The notes below the pieces were generated by a model. It was not told where the DNA came from. It made no database searches and was given only the letters and a program-made list of their open reading frames with translations. 64,000 nt of DNA from Octopus sinensis (Eukaryota): assembly GCF_006345805.1 (NCBI RefSeq), contig NC_042998.1, positions 141,856,001 to 141,920,000 of the forward strand, in the 5' to 3' direction. Shown here piece after piece: positions 36,112-50,262 of the stretch; position 1 is the first letter of the stretch; each line of letters starts with the position of its first letter. A program made the position numbers and the translations under genes.

Positions 36112-38089
36112 TACAACCACCGTCACCACCACACACGTGTAACGTTATGCGATATACTGAGTATATTGGTATTTTCTGCGAGTAGATTTTTTTAAAGAAA
36201 TATTGATTTGGGTATTGGGTATAATCGATTTTATTGATCCCAGTATCTGACTGGCAATTATTGTATTGTTCCCAAAATGAAGGAAAGCGAATTTGATCTT
36301 GATGGGGTACGAAATCAGTTCATAAAGAATTGCAACAAAATACCCTCCAGAAATTTGTTCGTTGCTGTATGAAATATTAAACTTTCTCTGCACTAATACC
36401 GCAGTTAATTTGCTTTTTCGAGATGTATCTGCATTAAGTATGAGACGCAAATGGCTATTTTTTTACAATACTGCTTCTGTCGTATATTATGAACTTCTAG
36501 TCACCCGGACGACTAATAGTAACATCAGTGAATTTCCAATCCCAGTTTTCCACAATATGAGGCTGACATAAGTGCATCCTACTGACAAAGCTCAGAAAGG
36601 CAGATATATGCATCAAGCATTCCAACCACTGCTGCCCGACGATTTTTGTCTGCTACTGATATAGTTTTGCGCTTTTAAACAAAACACGTCCATAAAGAAT
36701 ATTATCTCCGACGAATACCGTAATAAATCTAGCTTTTCGCGATCTAAATTAAGCATGATGGCTATTTTAATCTTTTTTTTTATCTCAATAGGTATGTTAA
36801 AAGAACTGCCACTCCTCTGTTTGATGAGCTCTGTGGTAACGGAGGTAAACTACCGATATTATATCTTCATCTTGTTTATGACCTAAATTCCTTTACAAAA
36901 GGCATGAAATTCTTGTTTTCACTCTGATCAAAGGCGTGCTAGTCATGACCATCTCACCTTTTTGTATAACCAGAACTGCATCATCCGACATCTTCCTTCT
37001 CTTTGAAGACGGTGGTATGAGATTTGAAGAAGCTTTGACTTTTTTTTTACCGAGTAGAGCATACATACTAATGAGCAAAAGTGTGCCAGCGGCGACCGAC
37101 TAGCCTTTTAGTATAACCAAGGCAACATTACTAATCTGTCTTTCCTTCTTTCAGGACGACAGTAAGAGATTTGAAGTAGAGTTGGCTTTTGCATTTTGCA
37201 AGTCGTGTGTATATTACGAGCATCTACGTTGGTTCGAAGAAGTACTAGTAATGTAACTTTGGTTCCTTCAATCATTTTCTGAATTCTTCCCAATAAATGT
37301 TGTGTCCTTATGGCGAAGTTGGGAATTCTTCGTAATTCGTTTTATTTATTTTGATCATCAGAATTTAAGTTTTGACATCGTTTATCGTTTGCTTGTATTA
37401 GTCATTGGGCTGCAACCATTCTGTGACACCGCATCGAGGAGTTTAGTCGAACAAATCGATCACAGTGTTTATTTTTTGAAGTTTAGTCCTTATTCTATGA
37501 GACTCTTTTGTTGAACCGATAAGTTACAGAGACCTAACAAAACTAACACCGGTTGTGAAGCGGTGGCAGGCACTCCCACCTGTCCCTACACATACATAGA
37601 TGATGGCTTCCAAATAGTTTCTGTTTACGAAATTAACTCAAGGCATTAGTTGTCACAAGGATTTAGCAGAAGATGTTTGCCCTATGTGCTGTACAGGGGG
37701 ACCAAACCTGAAACTACGTGGTTGCAAAGTGGGTTTCTTAACCACACAGCTATGCCTATCATTTATAGTTTGCAAATGGAACTGAGTACTTCCTTATAGA
37801 ATTAAAGCCATTATACATACATATACTGGCTGTAATCAATGCGGTAATTGTATTTCGAAAAAGAAAGAAAGGACAGAAAGAAAGATAAAAAAATTAACAA
37901 AAAGAAACTAGAAAGAAGAGAAAGAAAACACTTGCTCGCTATATCTAGAAAGTTCTTGCAGTATCTGGAACATGTCCAAATAGCATAAAATAATGTGAAA
38001 TGAGTTCGTGTTTCGCCTATTAGTTGACATCTTGGTACATTCAAAACTTGTTCTCTTTCTTCATTCTAAGAACTTTTTGTCTTTTTTTC

Positions 38090-38142
38090 GTTCTTTTACT
38101 CTCCCTTTCTCTCTTGTTCTCTTCTCTCTCGCTCTTTCTCTT

Positions 38143-38204
<62 letters not shown>

Positions 38205-38700
38205 GAGAGAATTCTCAAAACCGAATTATTGATGCCTAAATTAACTCTTTCAGCAATAATTAACCATTATTTACCGAATAACCAAAATCACTCATTCAAA
38301 AGAAACAACAACAATTAGAAGAAGAAGAAGAAGAAGAAGAAGAAGAGACCAACTCCTGCCCCTCCCCAGAACAACAATAACAACTTCAATCACAAGACTA
38401 ATAATACTAAGAAGAAAAAGAACATCTACAACAACTAGAACAAAAACAAGAAAGAAGAGCAACAACACCACTAGCAGCAGCAGCAGCAACAACAACAACA
38501 ATCACAACAAAACAAGTAGGGAGAGGATGGGTGAGAAGAGGGGGAGGAGGAGGAAGAAGAAGAAAAAAGAAAAGAAAATGAAGAAGAAGAAGGAGAAAAA
38601 GAAGAAGAAGAAGAAGAAGAGAAGAAGAAGAAGAAGAAGAAGAAGAAGAAAAGGAACAACAACAACAACAACAACAATTACAACAACAGCAACAAATGCC
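38090..38700. repeat. (CT)n, (GAA)n and (CAA)n microsatellites
   Basis: Direct inspection. Confidence 0.95.
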
Positions 38701-39226
38701 ATAATATAGCGGAAAGAAGGTGGCGTTCAGTTGTTAGAAAATCTTGTCAGGAGCATGAGAATCGAGTTGTGACTTCTAAAGAAATAAAAATCGATTTCAA
38801 ACAAGATTTTGACCTTAATATCGATGATTCCACAATAAGATGTCGATTTATTTTGAAGGGTTTTATCTTTTATTTTTTTCTGCTTCTTAAGAAAGGGAAG
38901 TAAAAGATATCTTGTAACCGTCACTCGAAAGAAAAAAAAAAATGAAGAAATCCATTATTGAAAAAAATAAAGAGAAAAGTAAGTGAAATGAAATAAAATC
39001 CCTTCAAATTCCTTGAATGGGTAAACAAGTTCAAAGACTTTATTGTGGTTTGGTAAGGGAATTTCTTATTTATCGACAAAAGGAACACACATACACCAAA
39101 AGTCTTGCACACTCACAAATAGAATTAGAAGAATGCACAGGCGTGCATGTATGCATGCGCACGCGCACACCGAATTTCATTGAAATGCTGACTCTCTCTC
39201 AATCTCTCTCCCTGTATATAACATGT

Positions 39227-39276
<50 letters not shown>

Positions 39277-39478
39277 CAGACATAGATATATGCAGACATA
39301 TATACATATGTATATATGTATTTATGTATACACCACCCCCATACACGCACATACACATACATACGTACAAATATATAGACACAGACAAAAATAGTCTCTA
39401 TTTACCTATCTATCTGTCTGTCAATACATTTACATACCTACCTTCATCCCTGCTCATACACACACACACACAAATACA

Positions 39479-39520
<42 letters not shown>

Positions 39521-39523
39521 TAT

Positions 39524-39575
<52 letters not shown>

Positions 39576-40517
39576 GTGTCGATATAAACGTATGTCCTTG
39601 CATATTCCCAAACATGTTGCTGCTTTAGAGGAACAGCAATCCACGATTAAACTTACAACTGTGATATATATGAAACATTTCCATTCTGTTCTACAATATT
39701 CTTATTTGCTCTGTCACTCATTCATTTGTATGCTTTTAACTTTGCATTGTTACGAACATTATGGGATGAAGCAAAGAGGTAAGCGCCTCTATAAGAGAAA
39801 GCTCGACGTTTCGACTAGTTTCGGCCATTTTCGTGAGTGAGGTAAGTCAGAGCTTCGTATTCTTGTGACCGTTCTTTCACAATGATTATGAATACAATAT
39901 AAGTTATAACGCGAGTGAAGGATATAATTTTATTCAGCTCGCAGTGCACTAGGTTTGATAAGCTTAGAGAAGAGGAGAAAAAGAAGGTGCTTACATTTCT
40001 TATCCACTTAGGTTGTACTTGACATAAGATGACAACAAACAAAATAAAGTGAATTGATTGATGGGTTTTAAGGTGTGTATGTATGAGTTACCTTGGTTTG
40101 GAGGAAGTGCCACAGGCTAAAGCAGATAGAATAAATAAACGACTGTAAAGGTTGTGAAATTATTTGTGAATGTCCAAGAACGACAGAGTCGTTTTTGAAT
40201 TTGAATCCTTTTGATGGATATACATACACGCAGGCATGCACACATACACACACTCACACACACATATACACACGCACACGCGCACACACGCACACACGCA
40301 CACACAAACGGACGCGTATAATCATACATAAACACACTCTTGCAACCAAGAATACATAGACACATGCTCAAACGTGGCTATGTGCTTAAGAAGCTAACTT
40401 TGCAACCACATGATTTCAAGTTCAGTCCCACAGCTTGACATCTTGGAGCACGTGTCTTCTGCTATAGCTTTAGCTCGTCCAATGCTTTGTGAGTGGACTT
40501 GGCAAGTGTAGGAGCTC

Positions 40518-40570
<53 letters not shown>

Positions 40571-40571
<1 letters not shown>

Positions 40572-40913
40572 GTTACGGCACTCCGTCGGTTACGGCGACG
40601 AGTGTTCCAGTTGATCCAATCAACGGAACAGCCTGCTAACGTGCAAGTGTCTGAGCACTTCACAGACACGTGTACCCTTAATCGGGGAGATTCAGTTGGC
40701 CCTTTGAAATACAGGTACAACAGAAATAGGAAGACAGAGTGTGAGAAAGTTGTGGTGAAGGAGTACAGCAGCGTTCACCCCATCCATGTCGGAGCCTCGT
40801 GGAGCTTTAAGTATTTTCGCTTAATAAACACTCACAACGCCCGGTCTGGGAATCGAAACCACGATGCTATGACCACAAGTCCACTGCCCTAACCACTGAG
40901 CCATTACGCCTCC
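40571..40913 (-). mobile_element. tRNA-derived SINE family C
   Basis: Minus head GGAGGCGTAATGGCTCAGTGGTTAGGGC..GGTTTCGATTCCCAGACCGGGCG (A/B boxes); related degenerate copy about 25520-25860. Confidence 0.85.
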
Positions 40914-40929
40914 AATGCATATGTATATT

Positions 40930-41285
40930 CTTTTATTTGTTTCAGTCATTTGACTGTGGCCATGCTGAAGCACCGCCTTAAGTAGAACAAATCGACCCCA
41001 GGACTTATTCTTTGTAAGCCTGGTACATATTCTATCGGTCTGCTTTGCCGAACCGCTAAGTTACGGGGAACGTAAACACACCAGCATCGGTTGTCAAGCG
41101 AGTGTGGGGGACAAACACAGACACGCATACGATGGATTTCTTTCAGTTTCCGTCTATCAAATCCACTCACAGGGCTTTGGTCGGTCTGAGGTTATCGTAG
41201 GAGACACTTGCCCAATGTGCCACGCAATGGGATTGAACCCGGGACCATGTGGTTGGTAAGGTAGCTACTTACCACAGCCACTCCT
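40930..41285 (-). mobile_element. SINE family B, full length
   Basis: Reverse complement of 9597-10006. Confidence 0.9.
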
Positions 41286-41312
41286 ATATATATATATATA
41301 TATATATATAGA

Positions 41313-41347
<35 letters not shown>

Positions 41348-41352
41348 GTATG

Positions 41353-41422
<70 letters not shown>

Positions 41423-42014
41423 AAGATGATGCCTCAGCATGGCCGCAGCCCAATGACTGAAACAAATTAAAGATAAATGATAAAAGATAAAAGTGTGTGT
41501 CCAGTCGTTGGCGCGTCGACACACACACACACATTTTTTCAAACATGGAAATACGCACATACACATACCTATACTCACATACGCATATACATAAACACAC
41601 AGACAAGCATGCGCATACTCACTTTATAGACACATGCATGCGTCTTCACTCACTCACTCACACACATTCAAATGTAAATACATGCCAATGCAGGCACGTA
41701 TATGCAAGCTCGTGAACATACGCACACACCCATACACACAAACACTCACACGTACATACACTCATATATACTCATGCACACATACTACCTCACGCACACG
41801 CATTGGATGATGCGCATGCGCACACATTCTCACACACGCAAAGTCAGCTTCGGGTGGATATACTGATATACAGTGGATGGATGCAGGCATACATAAATAC
41901 AGATGAACACATCTACATACGTATATGCACATACTCACCTACCGTTTGGATGGCCTCCGTCGGTCAACATTACCCATGCATATACGCTACACATATTGAT
42001 GTGTGTACATTTTA

Positions 42015-43282
42015 TCAGGTCATCTCATAAATAATTTCCGAAATATCGTATATGTAATGTCTATAAAATTCTACAGTATTCTGAAATGTCAGATGGTATT
42101 GATTGATAATCATATGAATTTGGAAACCTTTAACTTATTATAATTTCTTTTTACAGAATGATATGACTGAATTAATTACTAATATTAACCCCTCAACGAT
42201 GAACATATCGAAGGAGCATTTATGGCACATAATGCTTTATGAGTTCAAAAAGGGAAACAGTACTTCAGAAGCAACCCGAAATATTCATTCAGTTTGTGGG
42301 GAGAGTGCTTGAAGGAAAGAAGTTGCGGAAAATGGTTTGAAAAGTTAAAAAATGTTGATTTCAGTCTAAGAGAGAGGCCATAAATGGAACGTCCTATAGA
42401 AATTTGATGATGAGCTTCTTTTATCTGAGTTTGAGAAGGATATTGCTGTGTCAGCTGAAGAATTGGCAAGCAAGCTCAGTTCAAGTTATTCAACTGTTCA
42501 CCTCCATCTTCAACAGCTTGGAAAGGTGCCTAAACTCGGAAAATGTATTCCTTATGATCTCTGACAGAAGCTAGCCGAAAATCACGAGTGGACATCTGCT
42601 CATCTCTTCACTCTCGGGAACGTATTTCACTATTTTTGGACAGATTATTGACTGGTGATAAAAATGGATATTTTATGAAAATGTTAAGCGACGCAGGAAA
42701 AGGCTAAACCATAACCAAAACAAGGCATCCATGCAAAAAAGGTTCTTCTTTCTGTTTGGTAGGATTGCATTGGAGTGATCCACTTTGAGCTGCTACCAAC
42801 TAATGCAACAATTACTGCTCACACCTATTGCCAACAATTAGAGCGTTTGGATGCTGCTTTGAAGAAAAAAAGGCCTGCTTTGACGAATCATAAGGAAGTG
42901 GTGCTTCATAATAATGCAAGGCCTCACATTGTAAAAATTACATCAGAAAAAAAATCGAAGAACTTGAATGGGAAAAAAATCCCTCATCCGCCTTATTCCC
43001 CAAACCTCGCTCCTTCTGTTTACCATTTGCTTCGAAGCTCACAGAATCATTTAGAAGATTCAGTACTCAAAAGCCCCAAAGAGGTCGAAACTGACCTGTC
43101 TTCCTTCTTTTCAAGATCAAAAGGGATTTTCACCAATGGAATCAACAAACTGATGTGTAGATGGAAGGAAGCTATCTATAATGAAGGGAATTATATACAG
43201 GATTAAATTTTAATAATATATAAAATTAGATCACATTTTTTTCCTTACCCAAAATTCAGACATTACTTATGGGATGACCTGA
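42015..43282 (+). mobile_element. Mariner transposon, defective
   Basis: TIR TCAGGTCATC(T/C)CATAA.TAAT, TA TSD; LTGDK.W, HNNARPH, HPPYSPNLAPSVY; several frameshifts. Confidence 0.95.
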
Positions 43283-43613
43283 TAAGTGCACACACCATAT
43301 CGATCTATAATCGAAGAAGTAATCAATATATTGGAGTAGAGTATAATGTTTATTTTCATCAGAGGATGTATTAATAGTGACCTCGAAAGTCATTAGATTG
43401 ATAGATTTATAGACAGCTAGATAGAGCGGTAGATACAGCAAAAATGGAGTGGCATGTTGACAATAAATTACTGTAATTATATTTATATATGTATGTGTGT
43501 GTATCTCTCTCTCTTTCTCTTTCTCTATATATATACATACATACATACATACATACATACACACACATACATACAAACATACATACATACATACATACAT
43601 ACATACATACATA

Positions 43614-43650
<37 letters not shown>

Positions 43651-43656
<6 letters not shown>

Positions 43657-44275
43657 CAACAATTGAGGGCAAAATTAATTAATTACTAATCAATTTCACC
43701 AAGTGTTCAGTATGCAAAGGGACCATTCAAGGCGAATTCAAATTATTACATTATATAAAAGGGCTTAGTAAAATAAATTACTTTGCCGCATACTGAACTC
43801 ATTAGAAATAGCAGCTAAAAAACTTTTTTAAAGCTTTTTTAAACTTTTTTCTTTAAGTATTAGAAATAGCTTTAAAAAAGTTTTTTAGCTGCTATTTCTA
43901 ATGAGTTCAGTATGCGGCAAAGTAATTTATTTTACTAAGCCCTTTTATATAATATATATATATATATATATATAATTTCAACAATTGAGGGCAAAATTAA
44001 TTAATTACTAATCAATTTCACCAAGTGTTCAGTATGCAAAGGGACCATTCAAGGCGAATTCAAATTATTACATTATATAAAAGGGCTTAGTAAAATAAAT
44101 TACTTTGCCGCATACTGAACTCATTAGAAATAGCAGCTAAAAAACTTTTTTAAAGCTTTTTTAAACTTTTTTCTTTAAGTATTAGAAATAGCTTTAAAAA
44201 AGTTTTTTAGCTGCTATTTCTAATGAGTTCAGTATGCGGCAAAGTAATTTATTTTACTAAGCCCTTTTATATAAT
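43651..44275. repeat. Tandem duplication (322-bp period) of a unit containing a foldback with arms of about 86 bp
   Basis: Units start 43651 and 43973; arms about 43750-43835 / 43868-43953; separated by (TA)n. Confidence 0.9.
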
Positions 44276-44295
44276 ATATATATATATATACATAC

Positions 44296-44338
<43 letters not shown>

Positions 44339-44609
44339 GGAGTCAACAAGGATATCTATATATCTATTTTTAATCATTACAATTGTTTAATCACTACAAA
44401 AAAATCAAATGCCAATCCCTTTAAAACGGCAACCATTTTAACAGGAGCAGAATCACCATTCCACTACATCTACACATTCAAAGTAGTTTGCGAACGGTCC
44501 TTCAGCAATAACACATCGTGATAAATTCAGTGACTACTAGTAAAGTTCAGACCATGACAAAGAGGATTTTCTTGAAGCAGAGAATGTGAAGCAGAGCCAG
44601 TATTTACAC

Positions 44610-44715
44610 ATCGCCCGAGGAAACACCACTAGATCTCAAAATGCAGGGAAACAGTTGCATAATCAAGTACCTGCATACCTGGAGAACTACGTTGTGTGGA
44701 AACAATTGTAGCGAT
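44610..44715 (+). ncRNA. Type I hammerhead ribozyme with long stem II (C4 variant)
   Basis: AUCGC-CCGAGGA-AACACCAC[UAG..UGCAGG..CCUGCA..CUA]GUUGUGUG-GAAA-CAAUUG-UA-GCGAU; inverted partial copy at 44334-44390. Confidence 0.7.
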
Positions 44716-44964
44716 TAAAAAATAAATGTCCAACCTTACTCCTTGTTGACTCCAAATTTTCCAATTATCTATTCACACGTGACACATGCCCAGGCGTAAA
44801 CCTGGAAGTATTTATGATACCACTATTGGATAGCGCAGTGAAATCTGAAGGTGGACGAGCTTTATACTGTATTCTACTACGTTCTTTACAGAATATACCA
44901 TAACTATATAAAAAATTTTAAGGTGGTAATAGCGTCTTTTGGCGTCTATTTTTCTAATTTTCTC

Positions 44965-45600
44965 TTCCTTGTTTCGGTCATTTAACTGCAGCCATGCTGG
45001 AGCACCGCCTTTAGTCGACCAAATCGACCCCCGGATTTATTCTTTGTAAGCTTATTACTTATTTTATCGGTCTGTTTTGCCGAACCGTTAAGTTACGGGG
45101 ATGTAAACACACCAACATCGGTTGTCAAGTGATGGTGGGAGGGACAAACACAGATACACAAATACATACACACATACATTCGACGGGCTTTTTTCACTTT
45201 ATATATATGTATCTCTTACTCTTTTGCTCTTTACTTGTTTCAGTCATTTGACTGCGGCCATGCTGGAGTACCGCCTTTAATCGAGCCTTTAGTCGACCCC
45301 GGGACTTATTCTTTTGTAAGCCCAGTACTTATTCTATCGGTTTCTTTTGCCGAACCGCTAAGTAACGGGGACATAAACACACCAGCATCAGTTGTCAAGC
45401 AATACTAGGGGGAAAAACACAGACATACAAACACACACACGACGGGCTTCTTCCAGTTTCCGTCTGCCAAATCCACTCGCAAGGCTTTGGTCGGCTCGAG
45501 GCTATAATAGAAGACACTTACCCAATGTGCCACGCAGTGGGATTGAACCCGGAGCCATGTGGTTGGTAAACAAGCTACTTACCACACAGCCACTCCTGCG

Positions 45601-45603
<3 letters not shown>
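44965..45603 (-). mobile_element. Two SINE family B copies (one 3' half, one full)
   Basis: Reverse complement of 9597-10006. Confidence 0.9.
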
Positions 45604-45649
<46 letters not shown>

Positions 45650-45932
45650 CAACTCGTGACCCTTTGGGTCACCGGGAAGGTTTGAGTTTCCCAATATGGA
45701 GTTTAGTTTCATTGTTTTTTTTTCTTTTCCAGGTTATTTCGCATGCTTTCAACGAATGTAACATCGGAATCACGCGCAAACGGCTCCTTTCTCTAGAAAA
45801 GGAAAGATTTGGCTACTATTTCTTGCACACTCTGCTACCACGTAATAAATATTTCGGGTCCTTTATCGCAAATAGCAGTTACGTGGTAGCAGGGCTTGCT
45901 TGAGATGGCAGCCAAATCTTTGGACTTGAGAT

Positions 45933-46181
45933 ATGTTGAATGCACTCAAAAAAAAAAACCTATGGAAAAAAATATTTCACACCGAGATTACGAAATATTT
46001 ACCGTATTTTTAAAGTCATTTTCATTTTAAAATATTTTTTAACATGCCAAAATTTGTTGAATGTTGAATGCACTCAAAAAAAAAAAACCTATGGAAAAAA
46101 ATATTTCACACCGAGATTACGAAATATTTACCGTATTTTTAAAGTCATTTTCATTTTAAAATATTTTTTAACATGCCAAAA
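45933..46181. repeat. 128-bp tandem duplication
   Basis: ATGTTGAATGCACTCAAAA..AACATGCCAAAA at 45933 and 46061. Confidence 0.9.
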
Positions 46182-46782
46182 GAAATTTTTGCAATAATAG
46201 TCACTTGAAAATAATAATAAAAAAAACATTATAATATTGTGAGAAAGCTAAAATATAAATACTGTACAAACGACTTACTTTTTTTTAAAAAAAAACATTA
46301 ACTTGAAAATATTTCTAAATGATTAAAATATTGTGTTTAACAAAAGTAAAAATAGAATCATTTACTGTGAAAAACGAATCGTATCTTTTCGTTGTCAAGC
46401 CACTATTTCTAATAGAAAGGTTAGAGTTTCTTCCCTTTCTGGATGAAGTTATATTCGGAATATTTTCACATTATGCACTGTTTTGAGTATTTATACTCCC
46501 AAATCCCGAATGTCTCAATAACTACTGGTGTGATTTATGCGAAACTTGTTTTATTCTGTTCGTATTAACATTTCAGAGGCAACTTAATTTATAGTATTTC
46601 CCATTATGCGCCAGTTTGGGTGTGTAACATTGCAAGTAAGCAAGATTCAACTTCACTTTTATTAGTATATAGATAATTTAAAACAATTTGATTCGACTGT
46701 GTGTATGTATGTATGCGTATGTTTATATATATATATATATATACATACATGTGTGTGTGTATGTATGTACGTATGTATGTAC

Positions 46783-46813
<31 letters not shown>

Positions 46814-46849
46814 TGTATGTATGTCATTATTCAATTTTATTTCAAGATT

Positions 46850-48535
46850 CCTTGCCAATTCATAGTCTGGATGTAGAAGCTAGAGGTTTCGAAGCAGTTG
46901 TCCATATATATCCTCCTTTTCTTAGATTTTCAAAGAGATATTTATATCTGCAGGGCAGCTGACCTCTATGACGATACATATCTTTGCCCCTCTTTTCCAA
47001 AAAACCATATCCGGCCTGCTATGTTTACATTTGACAGAAGTTTTGATGGGAATATTCCACCAGTATTTTTTGAGTTGGTGTTCATAACAGAAGGAATTTC
47101 CAAGTTTATTTCAGAGTAGTCTTTTTTGCGGATGACATTGTAAATTGTTTTAGCAACAACATCGTGGCGCACAGGGAGGTAGTACCACGACATTTTAGGA
47201 CAGCTGCTAATCACATGCATGATGTCTTCCACTGGAATATGACATAGCTTACACATGCGGTTGTACCTTGGGATTACAAGAGCGTCACTGTCTCTCTTAT
47301 TCACCAGGTACTTTGTGGCTATCTCCTGTTCTTTGATTGCAAACGCAAAACATTCAAAGTGTGATGTGATGTAGCGGTCTTGTGTCCAAGAGAGGCTGCG
47401 CTTCGTGTCAATTCTACTGTCTTCTTCAAGCTTTCGGGTAACATACCCATGCATAGTTTTTATTTTTGTATGCTGAGGCTTTCCATCCAGGTCTTCTCTG
47501 ATGTAATAGCCCCAAGAAGAGAGTGCTTCTTGAGGAGCTCGCTGCCAACTTGTACAATGTTGCTCACTTTTCAGCACTGCATTTATGTATTTATTTTTGC
47601 TGTTGTTGTTCAGCAGGTGCTGCCTGAGTGATATCATACAGCATTCGAAGGCCGTCTGCACTGATCTCAGGCCTCTACCACCTTCATTTCTTCTTAGGTA
47701 AAGCTTGTCAACATCACTGCTTCTGTGAAAGTTCCCAGTTGTTGTCAGGATTTTGCGGCTTTTGATATCTATAGAGTGGATTTCCTCTACAGACCAATTA
47801 AGTATCCCAAATGTTGGGATCAGCACTGGTACTGCAAATGCATTGTGGGATATTGTTTTGTTGTAAAAGGAGAGTTCCGATTGACATATTTTCCTAAGTC
47901 TGGTGTAATATTCTTGGGTCATGCTATCTTTATTCACAGTGCCTCCATATGATAAATTTTCATCTATGCCTAGGTACTTGTAATATTCTTTGTGTGTAAT
48001 GGGGCAGAGAGAGAGAGAGATCCCGTTGATGCACATGTTTGGGGTTTGGAGGACTGACTTTCCTCGTTCTATATCCAAATATGAACATTTCTTTTGGCTA
48101 ATTTCCATGCCTGTATCAGTTGAAAATCTTGCTAATTCCAGTTGTTTTTTGGCATTGTTAACATTTTTAGAATAAATCTTGAGATCATCTACAAAGAAAT
48201 TATGTGTTATATTGACATTTCTAGCAGTTGAAGATCGTAGTTTGTAGCCATTTGTTTTCTGCATTTGGAACCATAGTTGATTCAGTGCCAAAATGAAAAG
48301 AAGTACAAAATACTATCTCCCTGGAATATTCTCTTTGAAATACCTATAGTATCTGAAACAATTATTCTGTTCTCAGTTGGAAGGGTGAGAATTGTTGTCC
48401 AATTAGGGTGGTAAGTACTTTTGCCAGATGTAGGTACTTCAACAGCCATGAATGAAGGATAGAGTCGAATGCCTTCTTATAGTCAAGCCATACTGTCACA
48501 AGGTTTCTACGCTGTTTATTTACTTTAGACACTAC
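46850..48535 (-). mobile_element. R4/Dong (RLE-type) non-LTR retrotransposon, 5'-truncated, decayed
   Basis: WLDYKKAFDSI, IFQGDS, FVDDLK, YKYLG, EGGRGL, CKLC..EDIMHVISSC, RHDVVAK, RPDM..IEVSCP. Confidence 0.9.
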
Positions 48536-48622
48536 ATCTGTGTATTTATGTACGCATGTAGGTAAGTATGTATGTATGTATGTATGTATATATGTATGCA
48601 TGCATCTATGTATGTATGTATG

Positions 48623-48690
<68 letters not shown>

Positions 48691-48693
<3 letters not shown>

Positions 48694-49043
48694 AGTTAGT
48701 TAGATAATTTGGCTCAAAAGCAAATAGTAAGGCCATGTAGGGGGACATGGAGTTAAATACAGGGTGGTGTTCATGTAAAGAGTTCAGGCCACTTGAGGTC
48801 CAGGGAGGCTTTGAACAAAGCGGTCGTCGGCATCTTCACCATCTCGTCTGGCAGCTTGTTCCACGGATCCGCAACCCGGACGGAGAAAGCTCCTCTCCTT
48901 CGATTGAGATGAAATCGTCGCAGGTAGAGCTTTTCGGAATGACCCCGCAGCCGACGCTCTGGAGCAGGAATGAAGAACAGCTCTTTCGAGAGGTTACACT
49001 TTCCGCTTATGATGTTGTGGGCGAGAATGAGATCAATACAGTA
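48691..49043 (-). mobile_element. CR1-type LINE 3' fragment
   Basis: LRGHSEKL..AFSVRVADPWNKLP..FKASLD C-terminus; (CTAA)n tail. Confidence 0.85.
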
Positions 49044-49243
49044 TGGGGAGAATTCACAAAAAAAAAAACAAAAACAAAAGACGAAGACAAGTGGTGTAGA
49101 CAACAAACAGATGTATCAGTTTAACGCTCAGGAAGTGAAAAAGTCTTTACCGTTTCGGGCATACGCTCTTCCACAGAAAGGAACACAGAAAAAAACAAGG
49201 AGAAAAAATAAAGAATGTGTAGTGGCTAGCGATCTATCATGTA
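49044..49243 (-). mobile_element. Second copy of the CUGUNGA HHR-like repeat (motif 49145-49180)
   Basis: CUUU-CUGUGGA-A-GAGCguauGCCC-GAAA-CG-GU-AAAG; flanks homologous to 8778-8973. Confidence 0.6.
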
Positions 49244-49277
49244 TGTATGTAAGTAAGTATGTATGTATGTATGTATG

Positions 49278-49343
<66 letters not shown>

Positions 49344-49849
49344 TGTATATATGTCATATATATAAACGTTATATATATATATATATATATAAAGTTAGAT
49401 ATATACAATAAATCACAGCACACACACACATGCACACATGGTTATTTTTGCAGTGTTTGTATTTATACTACGTAGGTTACATATAATATTTCATACCTTG
49501 ACACTGTGTACTGAGATTTCCGTTAACAAACCGCTGATATTAAATAAAATGTTAAACACTTATGGTGTGCAAATTAATAGCTAATGGATTTGATAAGTAT
49601 AGAGACAGATTGGTTGCTAATATCCCCGGTATTGGTAAAAACGATATAGACACATCTGATAAAATCCCCAAATCGAATAAGGTTAATTTTTTCCAGTCTA
49701 TAGAGTAATGTTTAAACTTTAAGCGTTTCCATTTATACTGCGTAGGCCACACACACACACACATGCGCGCGCAAACGTACACCACTTACCTTCGTCAGCA
49801 GATGGTAAGAACAAGAATTATAAGAGCGCTACTAGTTTTTGTATACGGT

Positions 49850-50262
49850 GGCGTTGCCAGAACATTTTTGAAATTCTAGAATTTCCGAGACAAATAGAAA
49901 ATTCGAGTAAACTACAATACTTGCTCTATTATGACAAAATATACACTTGAAAGAGCTCTACCTCCAGAATCAAGCATTAATAATTAAATTCAGAAGTTAG
50001 CTATAATGATATTAGCAATATTTTGTAGATATAATGAGTATATTTCTTTTGTGCAGCTAAGTGAACTAGAAAAAAATTAAATTTTCAAAGTGATAATATA
50101 CAAATATATAAAAATAACTTTATAGCATTATAGCTTTCTTCTGAATTTAATTATTAATGGCTGATTCTGAGAGTAGAGCACTTTGAGATGTAGATTATCT
50201 ATGTAGTGAGATAGTATTTGAATATTTTAGAATTTTTCATCTGCGTTCAATAGATTCCGCCA
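49850..50262. mobile_element. MITE-like foldback
   Basis: Imperfect inverted arms CCAGAATCAAGCATTAATAATTAAATTCAGAAG / CTTCTGAATTTAATTATTAATGGCTGATTCTG. Confidence 0.55.

Larger units (their letters stand above)
33354..37300 (-). pseudogene. Highly decayed Penelope-like element (RT + GIY-YIG), split by mariner/SINE/foldback insertions
   Basis: Ordered remnants on minus strand: HTTCKMQKP..RP, ISMYALL, FMDVFC, FTDVTIS..YDR, NNVV..Y.GVT, KPNLLN directly before the HHR. Confidence 0.45.

Noticed and set aside
39802-39837. HHR-like CUC..GAAACGUC-GAG on the minus strand
   Set aside because: Core reads ACGAAAA and stems are weak; at best a fossil
40840-40913. tRNA gene
   Set aside because: A/B boxes belong to a SINE head fused to a 270-bp body; cloverleaf imperfect
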